Positions 10,110 through 19,747 of a stretch of DNA of 64,000 nucleotides are shown here, one piece after another. The position numbers were made by a program, and so were the translations under genes. The stretch lies in assembly GCA_963771465.1 (NCBI GenBank), contig CAVYTU010000019.1, positions 160,001 through 224,000 on the forward strand, read 5' to 3'. Numbering within the stretch: position 1 is the first letter of the stretch; the number at the start of each line of letters is the position of its first letter. The notes below the pieces were generated by a model that made no database searches, was not told where the DNA came from, and saw only the letters and a list, made by a program, of their open reading frames with translations. The stretch comes from an uncultured delta proteobacterium. Lineage in GTDB: Bacteria; Desulfobacterota; Binatia; UBA9968.

Positions 10110-13100
10110 ATGAATAAGTTGAGATCATTCTTACTCATCGTCGCGTGGTCCGCTGGCGCGACCATGTCGCCATCACCCTTATCCTTCGCCGCGACCGTCT
10201 GCGACCCAGGGGTCGCCAAGATGGTCTCCGTACAAGGCAACGTCGAGGTTCGCCGTGCTGGCCAAACTCAGTCTCAGCCGGCCCGCTTAAATGAAACCTA
10301 TTGCCCCGGGGATCGCATCCAGGTTGGCGACAAAAGCCGAGCGGATATCGCCTTGGTCAACCAGCCGGTCCTTCGGCTCGATCAGAATACGATCATTACC
10401 CTGGCAGGGTTGAAAGATGAGCGCGCGTCGATAATCGATTTGGCGCGCGGCGCCTTACACTTCTTCAGCCGCTTGCCGCGGAATTTGGAAGTGAACACAG
10501 CGTTCGTAAACGCAGGCGTCGAAGGAACCGAGGGTTTAGTCCAAGTCGAAGCTGACAGGACGCTGATCACCATCTTTGATGGCAAGGTGCTCGCGGCCAA
10601 CGCGGCGGGAAGCCTCGCGCTCGCCGCCGGCCAGTCGGCGGTCGCCGTCCAAGGGCAAGCGCCGGTATTGCGCACCGTCGTGCGACCGCGCGATGCCGTC
10701 CAATGGGCGCTTTACTATCCACCCGTGACCTATTTCCGGCCGGAAGATTTCAGGGCACACAGCCCTGGCAAGGCATGGCGCGAAACTCTATTGAAGCCTC
10801 CATGAAAGGCGATTACCAACGGCGCCTTTGACGCCCTTAAGGGCGCGCCCCCGTGACATTACAGAGCCGCGCTTCTTTGCCTACCGCGCTGCATTACTGC
10901 TGGGCGTGGGCCGCGTCGATGAGGCCGGACCGGATCTTGAACAGGCGCTAAAACTCAGCCCAAATTACAGCGATGCCTTGGCGCTGCAATCGATCATTGC
11001 TGTGGTGCAAAACGATAAAGAGAGAGCGCTCAACGTCGCCCAGAAAGCCGTCACGGCCGATCCCAAAATCAGCCGCGCACTCATAGCTCTTTCCTACGCA
11101 CAGCAGGCGAACTTCGATCTCGAAGGCGCACGTAATAGCTTGCAGCAAGCCGTGCAAGCCAATCCGAACAACGCGCTTGCCTGGGCCAGGCTGGCTGAGA
11201 CTTCACATGTCGTTCGCGGAACTCGATGACGCCCTGGAAGCGGCGCAGAAAGCGGTAGCGCTAAATCCCAACCTGTCCCGGACTCAGATGGTGCTTGGCT
11301 TCGCCTATCTAACCCGAGTCAAAACCGTCGAAGCGAAAAAAGCCTTTGAAAAAGCCATCGAGCTCGATCAAGCCGATGCGCTGTCGCGACTGGGTCTGGG
11401 ATCTCGGGAAGATCCGCGATGGCGATCTGGATGAAGGAAGAAGAGAGATCGAGGTCGCCGCTAGTCTCGACCCAAACAACTCCATTGTCCGCAGCTATCT
11501 CGGCAAAGCCTACTACGAGGAGAAACGCTCGGATCTAGCCGAGCGCGACTATGCCACTGCCAAGGAACTCGACCCCAAGGACCCGACACCTTATTTCTAC
11601 GACGCGATCCAGAAGCAGACCACGAACCGGCCAGTTGAAGCGTTGCAGGACATGCAGAAGGCCATCGAGATGAACGACAACCGCGCGATCTATCGGTCGC
11701 GTCTGCAGCTCGATTCGGATCTTGCCGCACGCAGCGCCAGCTCAGGCCCGCATCTACAGCGATTTAGGATTCCAGCAGCTCGCTTGGTGGAAGGGTGGAA
11801 ATCGGTCAACACCGATCCAACCAATTTTTCCGCTCATAGATTTCTTGGCGGATTCTTATTCTGTTTTGCCGCGCCACGAAATCGCCAGGGTTAGCGAATT
11901 GCTGCAGTCGCAACTGCTGCAGCCACTCAACATGACACCGATTCAGCCGCGACTTGCCGAAAGCAACCTGTTCCTCATCAGCGCCGGAGGTCCGGCAGCG
12001 CTCTCATTCAACGAGTTCAATCCTATTTTCAACCGGAACGGGATTACGTTTCAGAACAACGGCCTTGCCGGTGAAAATGCCACGTACGCTGGAGAAGGGG
12101 TGCTCTCCGGGATTACAAGAAGTCAGCGTTCAGCGTCGGCGGCTTTCATTTTCAAACGGACGGCTGGCGAAAAAACGCTGATCAGAGACGACAATATCGG
12201 CAATGCTTTTCTACAACTGGAACTCTCTCCTGAGACGAGCATTCAAGCTGAATACCGATATAGAGACCGGACGCGCGGTGACCTGCAACAAAGATTTTTT
12301 TCGGAAGATTTTTTTCCCGGCCTGACCGACGAAGAAGAGAGACACACCTATCGGCTCGGTGGACGGCACTCGTTTTCACCGAACTCAATTCTCCTGGCGT
12401 CATTAATGTATTCCAAGTCAGAGCCACACCAGAGAGACAACGCGCCCCCGTCGCCTATCCCGGGTCTTACCTTCGTCGACTTTTCGAATCCACCCATCGA
12501 CGCTTTCAGCGGGGAAATCCAGCAACTTTTCCGTTCTCCCTACTTCAACATCACGAGTGGCTTAGGATACTTCAAAGTTAACGGCGCCGTTACCACAACC
12601 CTCGGGATTGATTTTCCTCCTGTCGTAGCGATACCGGTTGCGAAAACAGACATCGGTTTGCATCACGTAAACGGCTACGCCTATGGGCAATTGAACATCA
12701 TAAAAAATCTGACACTTACTGCAGGCTTCAGTTTTGATTCCTTGGGCGGTGACTCTGGGTTTATCCCGGGGGGAAATAAAAATCAGTACAACCCGAAATT
12801 CGGAGCTGTATGGAATCCTTTTCCGGACACTACCATTCGTGCCGCGGCTTTCAGAGCCTTGAAGAGGACGCTCATCACTGACCAAACTCTTGAGCCGACC
12901 CAGGTAGCCGGGTTCAACCAGTTTTTCGATGATCCTAATATAACCGACGCTTGGCGCTACGGCAGCGCTATAGATCAGAAAATTACCAAAAACCTGTTTG
13001 CGGGGGTGGAAGTCTCCAAGCGGGACCTGACCATCCCGCAGATCGTTGTGGGTGAAAGCACTATCGAATTGGACGGTGAGGAGTCGCAGCTCGTACGTAT

Positions 13101-13520
13101 CTCTTCTGGACTCCTCATCCATGGCTGGCTTTGAGAGCGCAATACGTTTTCGAGCGCTTTAAAAATGACGCCGTGATCAATCAACCCTTCAAGCTACACA
13201 CGCATCGCGTTCCGCTCGGTGTCAATTTTTTTCACCCCTCCGGAGTAGGTGCCTCCGTGACCGCAACGTACTGGAATCAAGACGGAAAATTTCAAAGGGT
13301 CGCGCCGGAAGTTTTTGGCCTCGTCCAATCCGGTCGCGATGACTTTTGGACGGTCGATGCGGCAATCAATTACCGGCTGCCGAAGCGGTTCGGTTTCATC
13401 ACGGTTGGCGCGACCAATCTTTTGGATAAGAAGTTCAAGTTCTTTAACACAGATATCAAAAACCCGTTTATACAACCGGACAGGATGGTTTTTGGGCGGA
13501 TCACACTGGCACTTCCATAA
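10110..13520 (+). CDS. FecR domain + TPR repeats + TonB-dependent-receptor-like beta-barrel protein, broken by many indels
   Basis: Signal peptide; SVQGNVEV, GDRI, VNTAFVNAGVEGT (FecR); many TPR helices (ALKLSPN, AVALNPN, ELDPKDPTP); barrel strands ending TVDAAINYR...ATNLLD...FGRITLALP. Confidence 0.85.
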
Positions 13521-13664
13521 GATTCAGCCAAACCATGCCACTGAGATGGAGGTGAAAATATAGCATTCGGAACTACTAATGACAGCGGGGAAGCCCATCG
13601 GTTTGGGGCGATGGAATGGACGGCAAAAGGCGATAATCCTTTTGCAAACAAAAAGGGGAAGGTC

Positions 13665-14371
13665 ATGTCAAAAAAATTTGCAACAATAGTGTTGGTTGGC
13701 CTATTGGCTATGAGCACGGTCGCCGTATTTAGCACTGACGCCAGTGCGCAGTACAGCTATTTAGGGTCAGGGTGGAAGATCAATACCTATGAGCATTCTA
13801 TGTCGTTTAAGGTTCCGGGGAGTGTCGTCAACAATGGCTCACTCTTTTTCTTCAGCGATGCCGTTTGGTATGACAATCAAGTCGTATGTAAAAACAAAGG
13901 TGGCAACATCAGTTTTTCCCCAGGCATTGGTTTGATCTCAACGGAGGGGATTGCCAATCTCGGTCTGCAAAACGGTTGTGTGAATAGGGAATCAGGAGGG
14001 GAATGTACTGCAACCGTTTTATACCCGAATAGTGTCGCCGAGCTTGAGAGCGATGCGACTCTTCTCGCAGCATGCAATGCAGCCGTCGGAGAAACCGATC
14101 TGACGCACAGCAATGTTTCCTCAGATTCTTTGGGTTGGAGAATTATCATTGCCGGAATAAAAACGACACGCCGATTCAGATCCAAACCAAGGGAGTATGC
14201 ACGACAGCGACAGCCTCGACCTGCGAAGGGTCCGATTGCACCGATCAGCTCACTCAGGGCGTCCGCTTCACATTTCCCAGTTTCCAGCAGAATCCTTTGG
14301 ATTTGTTCGCTGTTCAGCTGGATAACAGCTGTGTCGCATGTGTAAATGGCACCGGGCCGTGTACGCCTTGA
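13665..14371 (+). CDS. Cys-rich secreted hypothetical protein with one frameshift near 14105
   Basis: Signal peptide MSKKFATIVLVGLLAMSTVAVFSTDASA after AGGGGAAGG; continues in the 14072-14371 frame (QQCFLRFF...CVACVNGTGPCTP). Confidence 0.65.
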
Positions 14372-14412
14372 AGGTCGATTCTCAGCCAAGCGTGTGGGCG
14401 GGGTCTTTTTTT

Positions 14413-14448
14413 AGGGGAGCGAGGTTTTAGGAACCTCCTCCCCTTTTT
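14413..14448 (+). terminator. Intrinsic terminator
   Basis: AGGGGAG(c)GAGGTT / AACCTC-CTCCCCT stem followed by a T run. Confidence 0.6.
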
Positions 14449-14485
14449 GCTCAAAAATAGGCTGTTCAGTTTGACAGTATTTCGT

Positions 14486-15505
14486 ATGATGCCTTTTTGG
14501 ATTTTATTTTTCGCGCTGGGAATTGGCATTTCGTCTGCTGCCCGGGCAGCAGACGAAATAGTCGCCGAGGTGGACGGCGTTGCTATCACACGGGAGGAAC
14601 TCGAGAAGCCACTTGCCTCTCAGCTCAGCAAGCTGGAGGAACAGATCTACAACCTCAAGCTCAACGGTTGAAACGTTGGTCAACGAGAAACTTCTCGCAA
14701 AGAAGCCGCGAAACGAAGACGTTTCACGGCGCCGGCACTATTAGATATCGAGGTCACCTCAAAGGTCGCTCTGATTACAGAGCAGGAGATAGAAAAGTTC
14801 TACCAGGACAATAAAGCGCAAATCAAAGGCGAACAAGCACAGGTCCGGGAGCAGATCAGAGCTTACCTACAAAACCAAAGGCTGGCGGCCAAGCGCGACG
14901 AGTTTCTTAGTTCGCTGCGCGCGCAGGCCAAGGTGGTGGTCCATCTCAAGGCGCCAGCCATCCAGCGTAGCGAAGTGTCCGTCCAAGGGGCGCCGTTCAA
15001 GGGAGCCGAGAAGGCGGCGGTGACCATCGTGGAGTTTTCCGACTTTCACTGTCCATTTTGCCGGCAGGTTATTCCTACGCTGGCACAACTCGAGCTACAG
15101 TACGGCGAAAAAATAAAGCTGGTTTTCCGCGATTTCCCAATCGAGAGTCTGCACCCGGGAGCGACCAAAGCCCACGAGGCGGCGCGCTGCGCCAACGAAC
15201 AAGGAAAATTCTGGCCGTATCATGACAAGCTCTTTGCCAGTCCGCCTAGTTCCACTCCAGAGGTCTTTAAGGCGTTGGCCAAGGAAGTGGGTCTGGACGC
15301 GGTTGCCTTTGAATCCTGCCTGAGCAGCGGAAAGTTTCTGGCCGCGATCAAAGTAGATATGGAGGAAGGAAACCGCGTCGGAGTAAGCGGTACGCCGGCT
15401 TTTTTCATCAATGGCCGGCAGATTTCCGGCGCCCAGCCGCTTGAAGCTTTCACGCGGGTCATCGACGACGAATTGGCGCGCATTGTCCACTTAGGTCAAA
15501 AATAA
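14486..15505 (+). CDS. DsbA-family thioredoxin with SurA-like N-terminal domain, frameshifted around 14660-14730
   Basis: Signal peptide, VAEVDGVAIT; EFSDFHCPFC, FRDFP, GVSGTPAFFING. Confidence 0.88.
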
Positions 15506-15715
15506 TCATCAGGAAAATATTCCCGCCAGTTTTACGCTTGCCCGCAACGAGAAACTCGCTTCAGGCTTTGGTAATTTAATATTTGGCTTTTCTGCCGTTT
15601 CTCAAAATCCCAGCCAGTTGCGACACTTCCTTTCTTACGGTGGGTTTTCTCTTGCTACAGTAGTTGACGCCGGCACGGACAAGAAATAAGGTCAGCCGAA
15701 AAGGAGGATCCCGTT

Positions 15716-16624
15716 ATGGACAAAGTAAATTTTCCCTATCGCTCGGACAGCCACTTGCCGTTCTTACATGTCGTGCATGAATCGGGATCGTGGGCCAAAC
15801 ATGGCTTGGAAGTGAACTACGATTACGAGATTACCTCGGAAGACTCACACAAGAACGTCGCCAACGGCACGGTGGAGTTCGTCGGCGGCAATCACCTATC
15901 GCCCTACATTCAGCGCCCGGCCGGGGATAAGTGGGTTTACCTCGGCCAGACCGTTAGCTTACTGAATCACCGCTTGGTCGTGCGCGCCGACTCGGGCATC
16001 AACAAAGTCTCCGATCTCAAGGGCAAGAAGGTCGCCACCAAAGGCAAACATCCGGGATTGAATACATGGCTCTTCATCAAACAGGCCGGCTTGCTCGGTG
16101 ACTGTCGTGTCGAGAACGCCAAAGGCAAGTTTCACTGGGAAGCGGTGCGCGACGGCGAAGCCGATGCGGCCTTCGTCACGCCGCCGGCGGATATTCTTGC
16201 CAAACGCGCAGGTCTGAAAGTGATCGAGGTGCCGTTTTTACCGATGGTCTGGTTCACCACGGTTTCCAGCGGTGCGGGCTTCGTCGAAAAGCATCCCGAC
16301 ATCGTCGACAAGATGCTGCGCGGTCTCTGCGAAGGCATCGCCTACTTCAAAACCCATCGGGCCGAGTGCATCAAGATCATCAAAGATAAGTACAAAGCCG
16401 AAGGCGAGCTCGACGACGAGACGGCAACACACCTCTATGAAGATCTGAAGCTGATCCTGCAAGCCAAACCCTACGCGACCATCCCGGCGATTTCGAATGT
16501 CTATGAAATCGCCATCGAGCAGGACAAAGCCGCCGAGAAATGCGAGCCGATGGCGCTTTGGGATTTTCACTTCTTAAGACGCATCGACGACAGCGGTTTC
16601 ATCGATAATCTTTACCGAACGTAA
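15716..16624 (+). CDS. NitT/TauT (NMT1-like) SBP-fold protein without signal peptide
   Basis: SDLKGKKVA, DAAFV, DDSGFIDNLY; AAGGAGG RBS fixes the start at MDKVNFPY, with no hydrophobic leader. Confidence 0.8.
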   Translation: MDKVNFPYRSDSHLPFLHVVHESGSWAKHGLEVNYDYEITSEDSHKNVANGTVEFVGGNHLSPYIQRPAGDKWVYLGQTVSLLNHRLVVRADSGINKVSDLKGKKVATKGKHPGLNTWLFIKQAGLLGDCRVENAKGKFHWEAVRDGEADAAFVTPPADILAKRAGLKVIEVPFLPMVWFTTVSSGAGFVEKHPDIVDKMLRGLCEGIAYFKTHRAECIKIIKDKYKAEGELDDETATHLYEDLKLILQAKPYATIPAISNVYEIAIEQDKAAEKCEPMALWDFHFLRRIDDSGFIDNLYRT

Positions 16625-16628
16625 AAAC

Positions 16629-16679
16629 TGTTTCGAGTTTCGGTTTCGGGGTTTGAGCTCTTTTCTCCAACTCGAACCA
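16629..16679. repeat. GTTTCGA/TCGAAAC-type 7-mer inverted element
   Basis: GTTTCGAGTTTCGGTTTCGGG...AACTCGAACC; same unit at 27345-27375. Confidence 0.5.
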
Positions 16680-16715
16680 GTTGCGTCTCGCTGATAAATC
16701 GATCGGAGTCGTATT

Positions 16716-17489
16716 ATGAGTCAGTTACTGCCGCAGCTTGGCGTCAAGATGAGCTCTGAGGACGCCAAAGACTATATCAACTCGGTTAACCAGAAAGTCA
16801 TCCAGCGTTGGAAAGAACGAGTCACCAACGGACCGTTCATGAGTCAGTTTCTCGAAGGGAAGCTGCCCATGTCGGCGATCAAGTTGTTTTTCAAGAACTG
16901 GGGCAACTTCACCGTCGAGATCAACACCCTGGCGTCGGTCTCCTATCACAAACATATCGGCTTTTTTAAACGCCATCCTGATCTGATGGGACCGCTCGGC
17001 GTCAAGATCGCCGACGAATTCATTCATCCGCAGCCGCCGGGTCACGTGTTGGTCATGCTTCAGACGGCGGAAGCGTTGGGATTGACGAAAGAGCAAATTT
17101 TGCGTGAGCCGATGTTGCCGGAGTGCCGCGCGATTCTCGATTTCAAGCGGCAACTCATGTGGGAAGGCACCGTCGCCGAGTGGTGGTTCTCGATGTTAAC
17201 GGAAGAACCCATCGGTCACTGGGCGGCGCTGTGGTTCAAAACTCTGACGCGCGAATACGGCTTTTCCAAACAGCAGGCGATCTACTTTTCCACCCACGAA
17301 GAAGCCGATCTGAAAGAACATGACGACGGCGTCATGGGTCACGGCAGTTTCAACAAACTAGTCATGCAGCGCATCTTGGAAGACGGCTACGCCGACTGCC
17401 GCGAAGGGTACAATTTGGAATACTGCGCCATCGCCGCCGTCGATCTCTATGGCGTCATGCACCGAGCCGCGGCGGAACTGGTAGCCTAA
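16716..17489 (+). CDS. HDO-fold iron-containing redox enzyme, subfamily B
   Basis: DEFIHPQPPGH, TEEP, HEEADLKEHDDGVMGHG; clear paralog of 4578-5321 (FKNWG, PMLPECRA, EYCA). Confidence 0.82.
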   Translation: MSQLLPQLGVKMSSEDAKDYINSVNQKVIQRWKERVTNGPFMSQFLEGKLPMSAIKLFFKNWGNFTVEINTLASVSYHKHIGFFKRHPDLMGPLGVKIADEFIHPQPPGHVLVMLQTAEALGLTKEQILREPMLPECRAILDFKRQLMWEGTVAEWWFSMLTEEPIGHWAALWFKTLTREYGFSKQQAIYFSTHEEADLKEHDDGVMGHGSFNKLVMQRILEDGYADCREGYNLEYCAIAAVDLYGVMHRAAAELVA

Positions 17490-17534
17490 ATGGCTCAGCG
17501 GGATTTGAACAATCGTGCAGCCTACATCTGTATG

Positions 17535-18554
17535 TCAGTGCGACTTGAAACCCGCCACAGTTGCGCGCCAACCTGTTTCATTCTCGCCTGGAACAATTGG
17601 GAAGTAGTAACTCACACGATCGAGTAAACCATCATATTTCTCCAAGACCTTCGCGGGCAAATCCGCCCAGGTTTCCCGTAGAGCAAATCGATCGAGAATT
17701 TCATCCGTAATCAGGGCCGGCATCTCGTTCCAGCGGCCGCGCGCCGCCAGCGCCTTCAATTCGTCGGCAACTCCGCCCCATCCCTCAAGCTCGAACACCG
17801 GCCGGTATGGCGGCGTGCTGGCGTAAAAAGAAATCTGCTGGCGTACTTCGGCCGTGAATTTCGCGGCCTGCGCTGAATCGTCGGCAGGAATCACGAAGAT
17901 ACTGCTCGATAATTCGATACCGCTCCGTTTTCTCTGGCTCCTCGCCAAACCTATTTCGATGTTGGGCAGAATCTTTTCTTTGAGATAGCGCGTCGTGTGC
18001 AACGGATGGACGTGAAAGCCTTCGCACAACTCGCCGGCGAGTTCGCACATGCGCCGGTTCACGCCGGCGACGAAGATAGGTATGCGATGATACTCATGCG
18101 GCGCCGGACTGAAAAACGGCGTCATCAAGGTCAGTTTGTAAAACTCGCCCTGGAAATTGAGCCGGCTTTGATTCTGCCAACAGTCCCAGATCGCGCGCAG
18201 CGCGAGAATCACCTCGCGCATCTTGTCCACCGGCCGCTCCCACTTCACGCCGAAGCGCCGCTCGTTGTGCCCTTTGACCTGCGTACCGAGACCGAGAATA
18301 AAGCGTCCCTTGGAAAAACGCGCCAGGTCCCAGGCGAGCTGCGCCAGAATCGTCGGGCTGCGCGGAAACGCCACGGCGATGCTCGTGCCGACGCTCAAGC
18401 GTTGACTATGTTCGGCGGCCAAGACCAGCGGCAGAAACGGCTCATGCGACGTCTCAAACGTCCAGATGCCATCGAAGCCGGTCTCATCGGCAAAGCGCGC
18501 CAACGCAGCCATTTGGCTTAAGTCGTGAACCAATAAGCTCGCATCAAATTTCAT
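17535..18554 (-). CDS. LLM-class oxidoreductase, probably F420-dependent (TIGR03617-like)
   Basis: ETSHEPF, GTSIAVAFPRSP, GRFILGLGTQVKGHNERRFG, FYASTP. Confidence 0.85.
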   Translation of the reverse strand: MKFDASLLVHDLSQMAALARFADETGFDGIWTFETSHEPFLPLVLAAEHSQRLSVGTSIAVAFPRSPTILAQLAWDLARFSKGRFILGLGTQVKGHNERRFGVKWERPVDKMREVILALRAIWDCWQNQSRLNFQGEFYKLTLMTPFFSPAPHEYHRIPIFVAGVNRRMCELAGELCEGFHVHPLHTTRYLKEKILPNIEIGLARSQRKRSGIELSSSIFVIPADDSAQAAKFTAEVRQQISFYASTPPYRPVFELEGWGGVADELKALAARGRWNEMPALITDEILDRFALRETWADLPAKVLEKYDGLLDRVSYYFPIVPGENETGWRATVAGFKSH

Positions 18555-18698
18555 CAGGTCATCCTGGGTGGAACTGTCATCACGTGCGCGGGTTCAGTTG
18601 CTTTCAACCGTCATTCATGGTTTTTCCATTCTAGACAATTTGCGGCGCTTTTTCGGGTTCAGCACCCATCGCCACGAAACGACAGGAGATATCCACGG

Positions 18699-19673
18699 AT
18701 GATTCGCGTCAGAGTGATCGCAACTTGCTTGCTCAGTCTACTCTTATTGCCGAGCTTCACGCCCGCCCAGGACAAAGCCGCGCCGGAGAAAGTTCGCATC
18801 GCCATCGCCACCAGCTCGATGGCGTTTCTCGTGCCGTTCGTCGCCAAAGACCGCGGCTTCTATTTGAAACACGGCAGTGAAGTGGAGCTGATCGTCATGC
18901 GCCCGAACATCGCCATGGCGGCATTGCTCGGCGGCGATATCGACTACGCCGAGCTCATCGGCTCGATCATCCGCTCCGCGGCACGCAACTTGCCCGTGCG
19001 GGCGATTTCGACCAGCATCAAAGCGCCATTCTTCAGCATCGTTGGGCAAAACAAATTCAAAACCGTCAAAGACCTCAAAGGCATGGTGATCGGCCTCACC
19101 TCCATAGGCGGAACGAATCACGTCAGCACGCGCATGACGCTGCGCCAGTTCGGACTCGACATCGACAAAGACGTGAAGATCCTCGCCATCGGCGAAGAAA
19201 AGCTCATGGTTGATACTTTCAAAATGGGCCGCGTCGACGCCATCGTCGTCGCACCGCCGTTTTCCGTGCAGCTCAAGCGCGAAGGCTTCCCGATTTTGGC
19301 GCAAACTGCGGATCATGTGGTTATCCCTTTTTCTGGGCTCGGCACGACTCTCGACAGGATTAAAAATAATCGCGCGCAAATCAAAAGGGTGCTAAGAGCC
19401 GAAATCGAAGCGCTGCGCTTCATTCAGAACAACGCCGCCGGTACAACCGAGGTCATCCGCAAGCGTTTTAACATGGACGAAAAACTCGCCCGCGAATCCT
19501 ATGACGCCGTCGTCAACTCCTTCAGCCGTGACGGCCGCGTTCCCTTGGACGGCGTCGATATTCTGCTGCAAATCGAAAAAGATGCCAAAGTGATTCCGGC
19601 CACCGTCACGTCACAAATGATCGTCGAGCCGTCGCTGGCGGAAGAAGCGCTGAAAGAACTGGGCGGGAAGTAG
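18699..19673 (+). CDS. NitT/TauT-family ABC substrate-binding protein
   Basis: Signal peptide; ALLGGDID, KDLKG, GRVDA. Confidence 0.88.
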   Translation: MIRVRVIATCLLSLLLLPSFTPAQDKAAPEKVRIAIATSSMAFLVPFVAKDRGFYLKHGSEVELIVMRPNIAMAALLGGDIDYAELIGSIIRSAARNLPVRAISTSIKAPFFSIVGQNKFKTVKDLKGMVIGLTSIGGTNHVSTRMTLRQFGLDIDKDVKILAIGEEKLMVDTFKMGRVDAIVVAPPFSVQLKREGFPILAQTADHVVIPFSGLGTTLDRIKNNRAQIKRVLRAEIEALRFIQNNAAGTTEVIRKRFNMDEKLARESYDAVVNSFSRDGRVPLDGVDILLQIEKDAKVIPATVTSQMIVEPSLAEEALKELGGK

Positions 19674-19747
19674 CGCGTCCCCGAAACAAAGTTTATGAGC
19701 ACTACCACCCGACATTTTTTGCGCTCTTCGCCTTCTTTGCGGCAAAC

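Noticed and set aside
13580-13660. Cyclic di-GMP riboswitch
   Set aside because: Two hairpins are present but the consensus motifs do not match; an Rfam search would settle it.
14660-14730. Programmed frameshift or selenocysteine readthrough (also at 27700, 37430, 50475)
   Set aside because: No consistent slippery site; indels are scattered across unrelated genes, which fits consensus error.
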